DNA of 64,000 nt from Mizuhopecten yessoensis (Eukaryota), in assembly GCF_002113885.1 (NCBI RefSeq), contig NW_018404943.1, positions 582,363 to 646,362 on the forward strand, given 5' to 3'. The translations under genes were made by a program, and so were the position numbers. The notes under the pieces were generated by a model. It worked only from the letters and a program-made list of their open reading frames with translations, did no database searches and was not told where the DNA came from. Positions 50,482 through 59,852 of the stretch are shown here, in pieces; within the stretch, counting starts at the first letter, position 1, and each line of letters starts with the position of its first letter.

Positions 50482-52645
50482 TGTGGATAGTATAGATGTG
50501 ATACCAACAAGATCTGAAGTGTTTATAACGCTCTCAACGTTGACGACGATCAAGTGCTCTTATCAAAAGGAATATCTCAGTTTAAAGATAACGCTTGTAG
50601 TACGATTACATGTCAGTCACGCACCCTTTTCTTTGTGTCTGTTTCGTGTATGTGTACTTACAAATGTAATTTTGGTACAAATTAAACAATTACAAAAATT
50701 ACATTTATATCTGTAATATTTTGTTTGATATTGGTACAGATAACACTTACCTTTCACCAGCTGGTGTTGCCTTCCGTTTTTTTGTTTGCTCAATATTTTA
50801 TTTCTTTGGGTTCTCTCGTTCCTACATGTGTTGCTGTTGATGTGTATTTACGTTAACTCTATGTTTTTTTATTTTTATTTATTTTGTGCTCCTGTAATGA
50901 CGCTTTTTGTATTTGTGTCTGTGTTTTGTTGCAATATTTTAGACCATCACACAATGTAACACGTTTCAACACAATCGTTTAAATTAAACAAATATATTGT
51001 ATATTATTTAAAAAACGTAAACGCAGAATGAAATTGATTTTGATTTCTTATTACTGTTCATCATATTTGATACAATACCTCGAATTTCGATTGTTATTAG
51101 AATATATTATTTAGTCTAAATTCAAACTTACCTAGTTATTGTACGTGTGAATAAATGTTCATAATGCGTTGACAATCTTAACTATAAAGCAGTATGTACG
51201 TCATAGTTATCGCCCTTGCGTTCTCGTCAAATGAATTTATAAATGAAAGCATATTGGTTTCTATTTAATCGATAGAGACATATTTATATTAGGAAAATCA
51301 TCGTATTCATTTTAATAATTTCAATAATACCCAAGCAAATAAAATAAAATCATTTTTTTAATGTACAATCAATCAAAGCAGTACTAACATAGATATCTAT
51401 CAAAATCAATCACTACTATATTAGCATTTCTCAACTTTTCCTGAAGGATGATCACTTTGATAAAATAGCATCCGAGATAAGAAATGTTTGGTTTTCGGCC
51501 AGTCAGTCTGAATTTGCTGTTCAGGAACTACACAAATTGAGGATACGACAAATATAGTTTGGCAAGAGAGGTGAAAAGATCATCTGTTTAAGTCTATGAG
51601 AATTGATGATAAGAGTTTCGAAGGTTTATTTTTTGCAAGCCGCTGTCAGTCAAAACGAAGCATTTGCCAGTATCATCGATCAAGCAAAACGACATATTCT
51701 TGGTATCATATACCTCATTTACCATCATTTCTCACGAACTTATTTTTTCCCTTTTTCGCCTTCATCGCAAGCTGATCGTAACCATATAAATGATTAACCG
51801 AAAAAAATAGCAAAAAAGAAATTGTCAACCAAATAGCTGCATTTATTTTTTTATTGTATAAAGTTACCGCATTGTACATTTTGAACATTTGAAAGTCTTT
51901 ACAATTTTTAAATAGTAAATTGCAATTGTAGAATATTAACGAAACAAATTTCTTCAGCTCGATGAATAGGACTGTTTTGAAAGCAAAAACGACGCGATTA
52001 AGGGACAAATACTAATTAAAAATATTATTAGAATAACATTACGTACTAATTGTTACGGTAAAAGTACCACTGACAGGTATTGTAACGAAAACTATAAAAT
52101 GATTAACAATATTTATTTTAAGATTTTTCTTTTTTTAAATATGGATCTATATTTGTATTGCTTTAAGAATTTTACAGCATGCTAACACGGGTTGATTAAG
52201 AATATAATAATATTCCTGTCCTGCATTTTTGCTGTAGAATATATACCTGCTCGTGATATCGTCCCACTGTGAGCAAAGTTCTTTCAACAGAGAACAACAC
52301 ACATTTCAAAGACAGAAATACTGTACTTAGTTATTCTGTTTAACAAACATAACAATACTCACTGATTCTGATGTGAGGAAACAAATATTCACTGTTTCTG
52401 ATATGATAAAATAAAACCAGAAACACTTTTTTTTTGACAATAAAAAACAATTACACTCACTGACTCACTTTTAAAGGTTAGTCCAGGTGGTACATGGTAA
52501 TTTAGTCATTAGTTGATCCCTCTACAGTGTGTTGATTATATAACGACTAAAGTATCTTACTATATAAAACATACTCGTGTATAATCAGTGTATAATAAAA
52601 CTTCTAAATGTTTTTTACAAAAATGTTAATGCATCAAACGACTGG

Positions 52646-53926
52646 TCAAGTGTTACTGAGGTTTGTTCCTTGTGAAGATCGGGACAATGGATGTTGGCCG
52701 ACGTTAGGATTCGTTAAGTAAGCGGGGGTCATGTGACCTGTAGCGTTTGTCTCGTGTCGTCCACATCGTGTACAGGAATACTTCAATACGTACTTACAGC
52801 GGTCGCGGAAACTCTTACTGCAGATCACGTACAGGAAGAAGTTAATTGCGTAATTAAGCTGTTCCATCACTTGCGACGCTTCTCTAAAGGTGACGACTTC
52901 CGGGTCTCTTGATTCGAATATGTTTTCTTCTCGGAAGAATGCCACGGAGTGGGCAATTGTGATGGGCCCAACAAGGAAAACATACGCTATGCTTACTCCC
53001 AACAACATCAGCGTTGTCTTGGCAGTGTCGTTCCTCGCATGGACAGATTGGGCTAAGATTTCTCTCGTTTTCTGCTGTCTGTATAACTTCAGAATCGTCA
53101 ACGGTGTAAGGACGAGGAGAATAAATGTCGGTATTATAGAGTAGATTGTTGTTCCTGCCAATAAAAATCCTTCTGTCAGTTTCTCTTTGCCTGGGATTGA
53201 CACGTTCGGGATACAGACCCCGTTTTTCAAAATTGACGAGAATGTCCAAACTCCATTCAGCGAGTATATTGTGATATGGACACAGGCAATGGCGATGTAT
53301 GCGTTTTTCTTTGTTGATATGACTTTGATCTTTAACGGAAACCACACCGCGAAGAAACGTTCCAAACTGATGAACACAACAAACCAAGATGACGTCATCT
53401 TTGCCGAACGAAAGAAGCAAAAGAAAGCTTTACAGCCCGACTCTGAGAGAGCGCGCACATCCAACCCAAGAAGTTTCCTTACAAAGGCCTTGTTGAATGG
53501 CAGCAGGACAATGAGCGTCGTGTCCGATATCGACAAAGCTGTGAGAATGACACTGACCGTCATATAACGGAACATTTTACTTTGCATCACTATAATTGTC
53601 ACAGTGTTGCCACAAATCCCCAGCACCAGAAACAAGGGCACTACCACATATCCAACATAATCTATAGGCGACGGTAATGTTGTCTTGTCCACGACCTGGG
53701 AGCGCTTCGTATCATTGGTAAATGTGCACTTTTCTCTGTTGATTGTGCTTGTATTAGTCGAGGTGACCTGCTTGCAAGTTATTGAAACGTTGTTTTCTTC
53801 CGACTTTGAATAAGTTGTCGATGTTTCCGTAGAACCATCATACGATGTGACATTTTCGATTGCTTTTGTATCACAACAAAGCCATAACAGCACCAGGACC
53901 ACACGAAACATGCTCCGACAACACAT
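52646..53926 (-). CDS. Intronless class A (rhodopsin-like) GPCR, FMRFamide/peptide-receptor-like group, 426 aa
   Basis: Seven hydrophobic segments; GICGN (TM1), LSISD (TM2), CK..(TM3)..ISLERFFAVWFP, IP (TM5), FLVGP (TM6), NYAINFFLY..CSKSFR (TM7/H8); glycosylatable N-terminus. Confidence 0.93.
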   Translation of the reverse strand: MCCRSMFRVVLVLLWLCCDTKAIENVTSYDGSTETSTTYSKSEENNVSITCKQVTSTNTSTINREKCTFTNDTKRSQVVDKTTLPSPIDYVGYVVVPLFLVLGICGNTVTIIVMQSKMFRYMTVSVILTALSISDTTLIVLLPFNKAFVRKLLGLDVRALSESGCKAFFCFFRSAKMTSSWFVVFISLERFFAVWFPLKIKVISTKKNAYIAIACVHITIYSLNGVWTFSSILKNGVCIPNVSIPGKEKLTEGFLLAGTTIYSIIPTFILLVLTPLTILKLYRQQKTREILAQSVHARNDTAKTTLMLLGVSIAYVFLVGPITIAHSVAFFREENIFESRDPEVVTFREASQVMEQLNYAINFFLYVICSKSFRDRCKYVLKYSCTRCGRHETNATGHMTPAYLTNPNVGQHPLSRSSQGTNLSNT

Positions 53927-55241
53927 TTTCTTCAGTGTTTAAATAGCATGTATTGCTGCTTAGTGTCAAATAAATACAATCAATTCCACTTTTCGTCAAG
54001 AGTTACTCAGAATCCTCGGGCCATGTTAATACCATTGGCTGTTTGGTTGCGTTGACACCTTTGCTTTTTTGAGAGCTTTTGCTGTTCGTCAACGTAATGA
54101 AATGTGAATTATGAGTGGCAGTTCAAGTTCCTAAGAGACGTTTTTACCTAATATTAAGATTACTTAACTCTCAAGGTCAAGAACGCTGGCATCGAGATAC
54201 GCATTACACTGATGAACGGACAGCGTGTCTGTGTTTGTTAGAGCAGTTTCTTTTATACCCAGTATATAATCGTTAATTAAGACTACAGTTAGGGGAAAAT
54301 GACCGTTTTACGATACAGAACATCCGGGCATACCCGCTCAAACTGCTACATACGTTATTGCATTACGCAGGCTTCTATTAGTCAAATGAGGAACAGCTTT
54401 GATGATGTGTTGCGATGTCTTTATTCAATCGAAGATGCGTCAGATGAAGCACATTAATGGTGGATAGTATCATCTAAGCAAACACGTTGTTATATCCTAA
54501 TTAGAAATTTTAGTCTCAGATATTCTATGGACAAACTAAAATTAATTAATTAATTAAGTACAACATCGCCTGACGTGCTCTGTTGTCTTTGTAACGGATA
54601 CTGCTACATGTATATAATACCAATAGTATTTCATTAGAAAATGGCGATCGTTAGGAATAAACAAACAAAGTAAGAACCTACAGTAAAATAGTGCCTTTAA
54701 TCTCTCCTGGTATATTCACTGCTTTGTAGTCCACGTGTTAATATCCGTCCTCGTCTTTCTAATCGATTACTTTATTACGACGTTAGACGTAAGCTTAGTA
54801 CACATAGTAAACTCATGTCTCCATGTTTCTGGTACAGTTCGGTCGATTTTGCATTATATGCTTTATTTTGTTTTCATTCCTTTGTCTTTTCGTGCTTCCT
54901 TTTTGTATTTCTCGTGCTTTTTTTTCTCTCTCTCCCTTTCTCTGGTGGCATTTCATTAATTCTCCTGAACTTAAAATGAAACATTCCTATTGATTCCTCT
55001 TTTCCATTTTCGTGTATTTTTATTCACCTATAGTTTGACTATAATGTGAACCTTACCACCACACTAGATTTACGAGCGTGAAATTTCTTTCTTCAAAAGT
55101 AACAATGCATTCTCTCTTATTTTTTGAATTTACGTACCACGATTAATTCGCTCTTCCGCAGCTTGTCATAAGAACCAGTATTTTTCTAAATATAGGCTTC
55201 CTGTAGATCAATGATGTTACTTAGCCAGTGTTTTATATTTG

Positions 55242-55515
55242 AAAGCTTACTTTGACGGTAACTACTCAAAGTTTTCTCTTTCAGAAGCTTACTCTGACGG
55301 TAACAACTTAAAGTTTTCCCTTTCAGAAGCTTACTTTGACGGTAACTACTCAAAGTTTTCTCTTTCAGAAGCTTACTTTGACGGTAACAACTTAAAGTTT
55401 TTTCTTTCAGAAGCTTACTTTGACGGTAACTACTCAAAGTTTCTCTTTCAGAAGCTTACTTTGACGGTAACTACTCAAAGTTTTCTCTTTCAGAAGCTTA
55501 ATTTGACGGTAACTA
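55242..55515. repeat. 42-bp minisatellite (GAAGCTTACTTTGACGGTAACTACTCAAAGTTTTCTCTTTCA), ~6.5 copies
   Basis: 14-aa periodicity in the overlapping spurious ORFs. Confidence 0.9.
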
Positions 55516-56201
55516 TTTATATTTTTCTATTTCGGATTTTTCCTTTGACGCTAGCTACTTATATTTTTATATTTGGGAAGCTTATATTACATATGTTAGA
55601 TCGATGGTGACCTCCATACTTTCCCGAACTAGTCGGGAGACATCATGACAGGTACTGCCACATGGAATCTAAAAAGTTCTTGCCCTTCGGGTAGCATGGT
55701 GACTTTCTCTTTTGTTTTGGGTTGTCGTCAGTACCTGTTGTTGTCAAATTTGGGTACTGATTATGTGTCTTGTGTTTTGACGATAATGTATATTTATTAT
55801 GTGCAAGTATGTTTCTTAAACAAAGTGGGGTGGGGGTGTTTTCATTCTAATCCAATATCAGTTTACAGTCACGTGTTCTTACTTCATAATTTTTCCGTAT
55901 TTAGTTCAATATGTTTCTTGCACAACCCATTCACTCTTTTTCTTCATAGCTCATTAAAGGTATCCCGTACAGCCTGTATGATGTGAGGTAAATAAACCTT
56001 ATACACGTATATTGTTTATCACACTTTGTTGACAGTTTTATACAATCAATATTCGCAGTTGTTTAGGAGAAAGCGCTCTGCCTTCCGAATTCCGGTAATG
56101 TCGCTTTCAGATGTGCTGTTTTTATATATAAAAGACGAGAGCAATTCGTTGTGCACGTCGATCAAAGGGCGATGCAGATTTTTTATCTTCCGCCGATTAA
56201 C

Positions 56202-56382
56202 TTGAGGTTTTTGAAGTAAAACCAATTTTCATGATGTAATACTTACCATAACTTTAGTATGCATATACAATACCTACACCCATCTTTGTAGCCCAAAAAC
56301 AAAAGATTCAAATATCCCTACCTCCCTACCGTGACGTAACCTCTATCTCGATGACAGAGCCACGGAGTGATCTCCCTTCCTC
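56202..56382 (-). repeat. DIRS 3' inverted terminal repeat with unique outer extension
   Basis: 56243-56382 is the exact reverse complement of 62821-62960; 56202-56242 is the extension complementary to the ICR. Confidence 0.95.
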
Positions 56383-56454
56383 AAACCCCCTTTTATGGAG
56401 CCTAAAGGCAGCCAGGATGAGGAGGCAAGGGGAGGAATACAGGGTGGGACTCCA

Positions 56455-56546
56455 TAAAGTTATGGTAAGTATTACATCATGAAAATTGGTTTTACTTCAA
56501 AAACCTCAATTTCATTTCAGTAATAATTACCATAACTTTAGTATGC
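56455..56546 (-). repeat. DIRS internal complementary region (ICR)
   Basis: 56455-56509 = reverse complement of 56202-56256; 56510-56546 = reverse complement of 62941-62977; reproduces the circle junction ...ACCTCAA|TTTCATTTC... Confidence 0.95.
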
Positions 56547-56750
56547 GAATTCGTCTTACCGTAGTGGAGGCTTCGAATCCAGGCAGACCAGGCTGACGGA
56601 ACAAACTCGAGACATGCTCAAGGTAGGGAAAAGGTTCAAGGAACCCCCCTAATAAAGCCCCGAAAGTAATTAAAAAATGGAAAACCTCCCCGTGAAACGA
56701 GCAGGTGTACCACCGTGGTGCCTGATAGCATACTATTTAAAATCACTGAA

Positions 56751-59700
56751 TTACTGTGGAGGAACAGCCACAGACTGTGCAACCACCACCGGTCCAAGGG
56801 AATACAATCCATCAGAATGAGAGGCCAAGGACCGGAGATAAAAATCCGTGAAGGTAGTCTGTCCGCGCCAGAAAGCTGCGGACATGACCTCCTGAAAGGG
56901 GGACCCATTGAGGAGGGCCCATGACGCAGCAAGGGCCCTGATCTCATGAGCTCTCACCTTATACAACGCCCGAACCTGATCATCCGAGTGGTCGTAACCG
57001 TACTTGATGACCTGACAGATCCATCTAGACACTGACTGAGAAGAGATATCCTGTTGACCCTGCTTAATGGGCAAAAACAGACGAGATCGAGGACCTCGCC
57101 CCCCCCTGGTTTTATCGAGGTAAAACCTAAGCGCCCGACAGGGACAGAGCAACCTATCCCGTTCCTCAGCTCCAACGAAGGCAGTCAAAGACGGAATCTT
57201 AATCGGATCGGGCGAGAAGCCAGGAACCTGATTCTTAGCCATAAAGGCAGGATCAGTGAGAAGGGTAACGGCAGAGTAATTCCTGGACCATCGGAGGCAA
57301 GAGGGGTGAGAAGACAAGGCATGAATCTCACTCCTCCTTCGACCTGAGGCCAGGGCAACAAGGAATACCACCTTGTAAGTAACAAACTTCAAGGAGGCAG
57401 ACGCTAAAGGCTCATAAGGTGCCCGCATCAGCGATTCGAGCACCAGTGGCAAATTCCACTGCGGAGCCAACTGCCGGACCCTAGGCCTGTCCAACCCAAA
57501 CCCCCTAATCAAGGCAGAAAGAGAGGAGGACGAGCCTACCTCCGACCTACCATGAACAGAGAGAACACTAGCAATGGCCGTGCGATAACCAGCGATAGTG
57601 CCAGGGGCAAGATTGCGGTCCCTAAACAGCCAAAGAAGGAAGTCCGCAATCACCTGGACAGTAGCCTTGATCGGATCAACCTTCCTGCCGACACACCAAT
57701 CACAGTAAATCTTCCATCGTGACTGGTAGACGGCAGATGAGGAAGCCCTAATTGATCGAGCGATGCGATCTGACACGTCCCTAGAAAAGCCCGCCTGAGC
57801 GAGGCCTCCTGAGATAGCTTCCACGCGTGAAGGTGGAGGATCTCCGGACGAGAGTGCATCGTCCTGGAACGAGGCTGGCGAAGGAGGTTCGCTCTGAGAG
57901 GAAGAGCCAGGGGCTCTTCCACCAGAAGCGACAAAAGCTCCGGAAACCAAGGCTGCCTCGGCCACAGGGGCGCTATCAGGAGGAGGGAACACTGATGCTC
58001 CCGAAACTTCTGCAGCACCCTGCCCACCATGTTGAAGGGTGGGAATGCATATGCATGCATTCCCTCCCAATCCAGAGACAGAGCGTCCACGGCCCAAGCC
58101 CTTGGATCTGGTACCGGAGAGACAAACGTTGGCAACTGATTGTTCAGTGAAGTGGCGAACAGGTCTATGTGAGGCCTGTCCCACACCTGACAAATTCCCA
58201 CGAAAATCGAGGGATTCAGTTGCCACTCTGTCAAAACCGGCTGGCGGCGCCTGGAAAGAGTATCCGCCAGAACATTCAACCTGCCTGGCAGATGCTTGAC
58301 ACAAATTGTCAACTGCATTTCCTGACATAGAAGCAGAATGCGGATAGCGAGGGCACACAGGGTGTGAGACCTGGTTCCCCCCTGTCTCTCCAGATACGCG
58401 ACAACCGTAGTGTTGTCCGTAGCCACACAAACCACCTTGGAATGCAGGATCTCCCGAAAAGACTGCAGAGCCAACAGAACAGCCCTCATCTCGAGCACAT
58501 TGCTGTGCTCCGAGAGCTGTTCCCCAGACCACTCCCCCGACTGGCAACGCCCGTCGAGATAAGCTCCCCACCCTGTCATGGATGCATCCGTGTACAGGGT
58601 CATAGTGGGAACTGGCTTGGACAAAGGAACCCCTCGGAGAACATTGTCCTGATGAGTCCACCAGCGTGCGTACTCCTTGACCGACTGGTTCAGAGGAAGC
58701 AAGGCTTCCCAATCCCTTGAAGAAGGGACCCAGTTGGCAAGGAGAAACATCTGGAGAGGCCTGATGTGAAGTCTCCCTAAGGGGACCACATCGGCCAGGG
58801 CGTTGAGATATCCCAGAAAACTGAGAAACCAACGTACCTGGACTTGAGACCGGCCGATAAAGGTCAGAGCAAAAGCCCTGGCCTTCTCGAACTTCTCCAT
58901 CGGTGGAAGGGCGATGCCCTGAACCGTATTGAAACGGTTCCCCAGAAAAACAAAATCCTGAGATGGGGAAACCTCCGACTTTTCTCTGGAAGGAATGAAG
59001 CCGACCTTGAGTAAGAGTTTCAGAACCAACCGGGTGACCTGTACCAGAGACTCTCTCACTAGGTGGAGCATGAGGGAGTCGTCGAAATAGATGTGAACAT
59101 CTATTCCTCGAGAGTGCAGGAATCCCACGACCACCTGCAGCAGCTTGGTGAAAACCAAAGGTGCAGTCGTGAGCCCGAACGGCATGGCCCGGAACTGGAA
59201 GACCTTTCCGTTGCAAGTAAAACGGAGGTACTTCCGTGCCGACTTCTTGATGGGGATGTGGAAGTAGGCGTCCTTTAGATCTACTGAAGTCGCCCACATT
59301 CCCTCTCTCACGGAGGCGATAATACCCCGAGGAGTCTCCATCTTGAAGTGAGGAGAATCTACGTGCTTGTTGAAGGCACTTAGATCTATGATGGGACGCC
59401 ACGCCCCGGACTTCTTCCGAACCAGAAACATTCTGGAGTAGAACCCGGGAGTGCATCCCGACATAGGAACCTCCTCGACCGCGCCCTTGGAAAGCATGGT
59501 CCTTACTTCCTCCTGGAGCGCCAGAGCCTTTTCCGGATCCCCCGGTGGAGGAAAAAAGATTGGCTCTGACGCTAAGGGCGGATCCCGCACTAGCGGAATG
59601 CCTAACCCCTCCTTGATCACAGACAAGGTCCATGCGTCTTCCGTAATTTCCTTCCACTCTGGAAGGAAAGCAGAAAGACGACCCCCCACAGGAAGATCTG

Positions 59701-59801
59701 GTCGAGGCAGATCGAGACCTTGCCAGGCAAGAGAATCGTCTGCTGACCCGAAGCCTAATCCTGCGGGAGAAGGACCTAAGCTTGAGCCGAGAGGACTGCA
59801 T
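56751..59801 (-). CDS. DIRS ORF3: tyrosine recombinase (C-terminal ~350 aa) with long N-terminal part overlapping ORF2
   Basis: RRRSEIHAL (R), LCPCRAL..Y, HEIRA (HxxR), W...TTF..FY (catalytic Tyr). Confidence 0.93.
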   Translation of the reverse strand: MQSSRLKLRSFSRRIRLRVSRRFSCLARSRSASTRSSCGGSSFCFPSRVEGNYGRRMDLVCDQGGVRHSASAGSALSVRANLFSSTGGSGKGSGAPGGSKDHAFQGRGRGGSYVGMHSRVLLQNVSGSEEVRGVASHHRSKCLQQARRFSSLQDGDSSGYYRLRERGNVGDFSRSKGRLLPHPHQEVGTEVPPFYLQRKGLPVPGHAVRAHDCTFGFHQAAAGGRGIPALSRNRCSHLFRRLPHAPPSERVSGTGHPVGSETLTQGRLHSFQRKVGGFPISGFCFSGEPFQYGSGHRPSTDGEVREGQGFCSDLYRPVSSPGTLVSQFSGISQRPGRCGPLRETSHQASPDVSPCQLGPFFKGLGSLASSEPVGQGVRTLVDSSGQCSPRGSFVQASSHYDPVHGCIHDRVGSLSRRALPVGGVVWGTALGAQQCARDEGCSVGSAVFSGDPAFQGGLCGYGQHYGCRVSGETGGNQVSHPVCPRYPHSASMSGNAVDNLCQASARQVECSGGYSFQAPPAGFDRVATESLDFRGNLSGVGQASHRPVRHFTEQSVANVCLSGTRSKGLGRGRSVSGLGGNACICIPTLQHGGQGAAEVSGASVFPPPDSAPVAEAALVSGAFVASGGRAPGSSSQSEPPSPASFQDDALSSGDPPPSRVEAISGGLAQAGFSRDVSDRIARSIRASSSAVYQSRWKIYCDWCVGRKVDPIKATVQVIADFLLWLFRDRNLAPGTIAGYRTAIASVLSVHGRSEVGSSSSLSALIRGFGLDRPRVRQLAPQWNLPLVLESLMRAPYEPLASASLKFVTYKVVFLVALASGRRRSEIHALSSHPSCLRWSRNYSAVTLLTDPAFMAKNQVPGFSPDPIKIPSLTAFVGAEERDRLLCPCRALRFYLDKTRGGRGPRSRLFLPIKQGQQDISSQSVSRWICQVIKYGYDHSDDQVRALYKVRAHEIRALAASWALLNGSPFQEVMSAAFWRGQTTFTDFYLRSLASHSDGLYSLGPVVVAQSVAVPPQ

Positions 59802-59836
59802 TCCTCCCGGCCAAACTCGTCGTCTGACACGACCAA
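57650..59836 (-). CDS. DIRS ORF2: reverse transcriptase + RNase H + methyltransferase-like domain
   Basis: VGGRL..F...W; GFYSRMFLV.KK.G.WRPIIDL; DLKDAYFH; MPFGL..AP..FTK; YFDD; TDAS..GWGA, N.LE, TDNTT, ADTLSR (RNase H); IDLFAT...DAL..DW...YAFPPF (MT-like). Frame is open from 60031; first ATG only at 59497. Confidence 0.95.
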   Translation of the reverse strand: MVVSDDEFGREECSPLGSSLGPSPAGLGFGSADDSLAWQGLDLPRPDLPVGGRLSAFLPEWKEITEDAWTLSVIKEGLGIPLVRDPPLASEPIFFPPPGDPEKALALQEEVRTMLSKGAVEEVPMSGCTPGFYSRMFLVRKKSGAWRPIIDLSAFNKHVDSPHFKMETPRGIIASVREGMWATSVDLKDAYFHIPIKKSARKYLRFTCNGKVFQFRAMPFGLTTAPLVFTKLLQVVVGFLHSRGIDVHIYFDDSLMLHLVRESLVQVTRLVLKLLLKVGFIPSREKSEVSPSQDFVFLGNRFNTVQGIALPPMEKFEKARAFALTFIGRSQVQVRWFLSFLGYLNALADVVPLGRLHIRPLQMFLLANWVPSSRDWEALLPLNQSVKEYARWWTHQDNVLRGVPLSKPVPTMTLYTDASMTGWGAYLDGRCQSGEWSGEQLSEHSNVLEMRAVLLALQSFREILHSKVVCVATDNTTVVAYLERQGGTRSHTLCALAIRILLLCQEMQLTICVKHLPGRLNVLADTLSRRRQPVLTEWQLNPSIFVGICQVWDRPHIDLFATSLNNQLPTFVSPVPDPRAWAVDALSLDWEGMHAYAFPPFNMVGRVLQKFREHQCSLLLIAPLWPRQPWFPELLSLLVEEPLALPLRANLLRQPRSRTMHSRPEILHLHAWKLSQEASLRRAFLGTCQIASLDQLGLPHLPSTSHDGRFTVIGVSAGRLIRSRLLSR

Positions 59837-59852
59837 GGAGGGAAGAAAAGAG

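Noticed and set aside
52884-53567. Overlapping ORFs (178, 84, 126 aa) within the GPCR
   Set aside because: Alternate-frame or antisense shadows without domain features.
56751-59836. Prokaryotic or phage origin of the integrase + methyltransferase + RT module
   Set aside because: The ITR/ICR structure and ORF layout are those of a eukaryotic DIRS1 retrotransposon embedded in host sequence.
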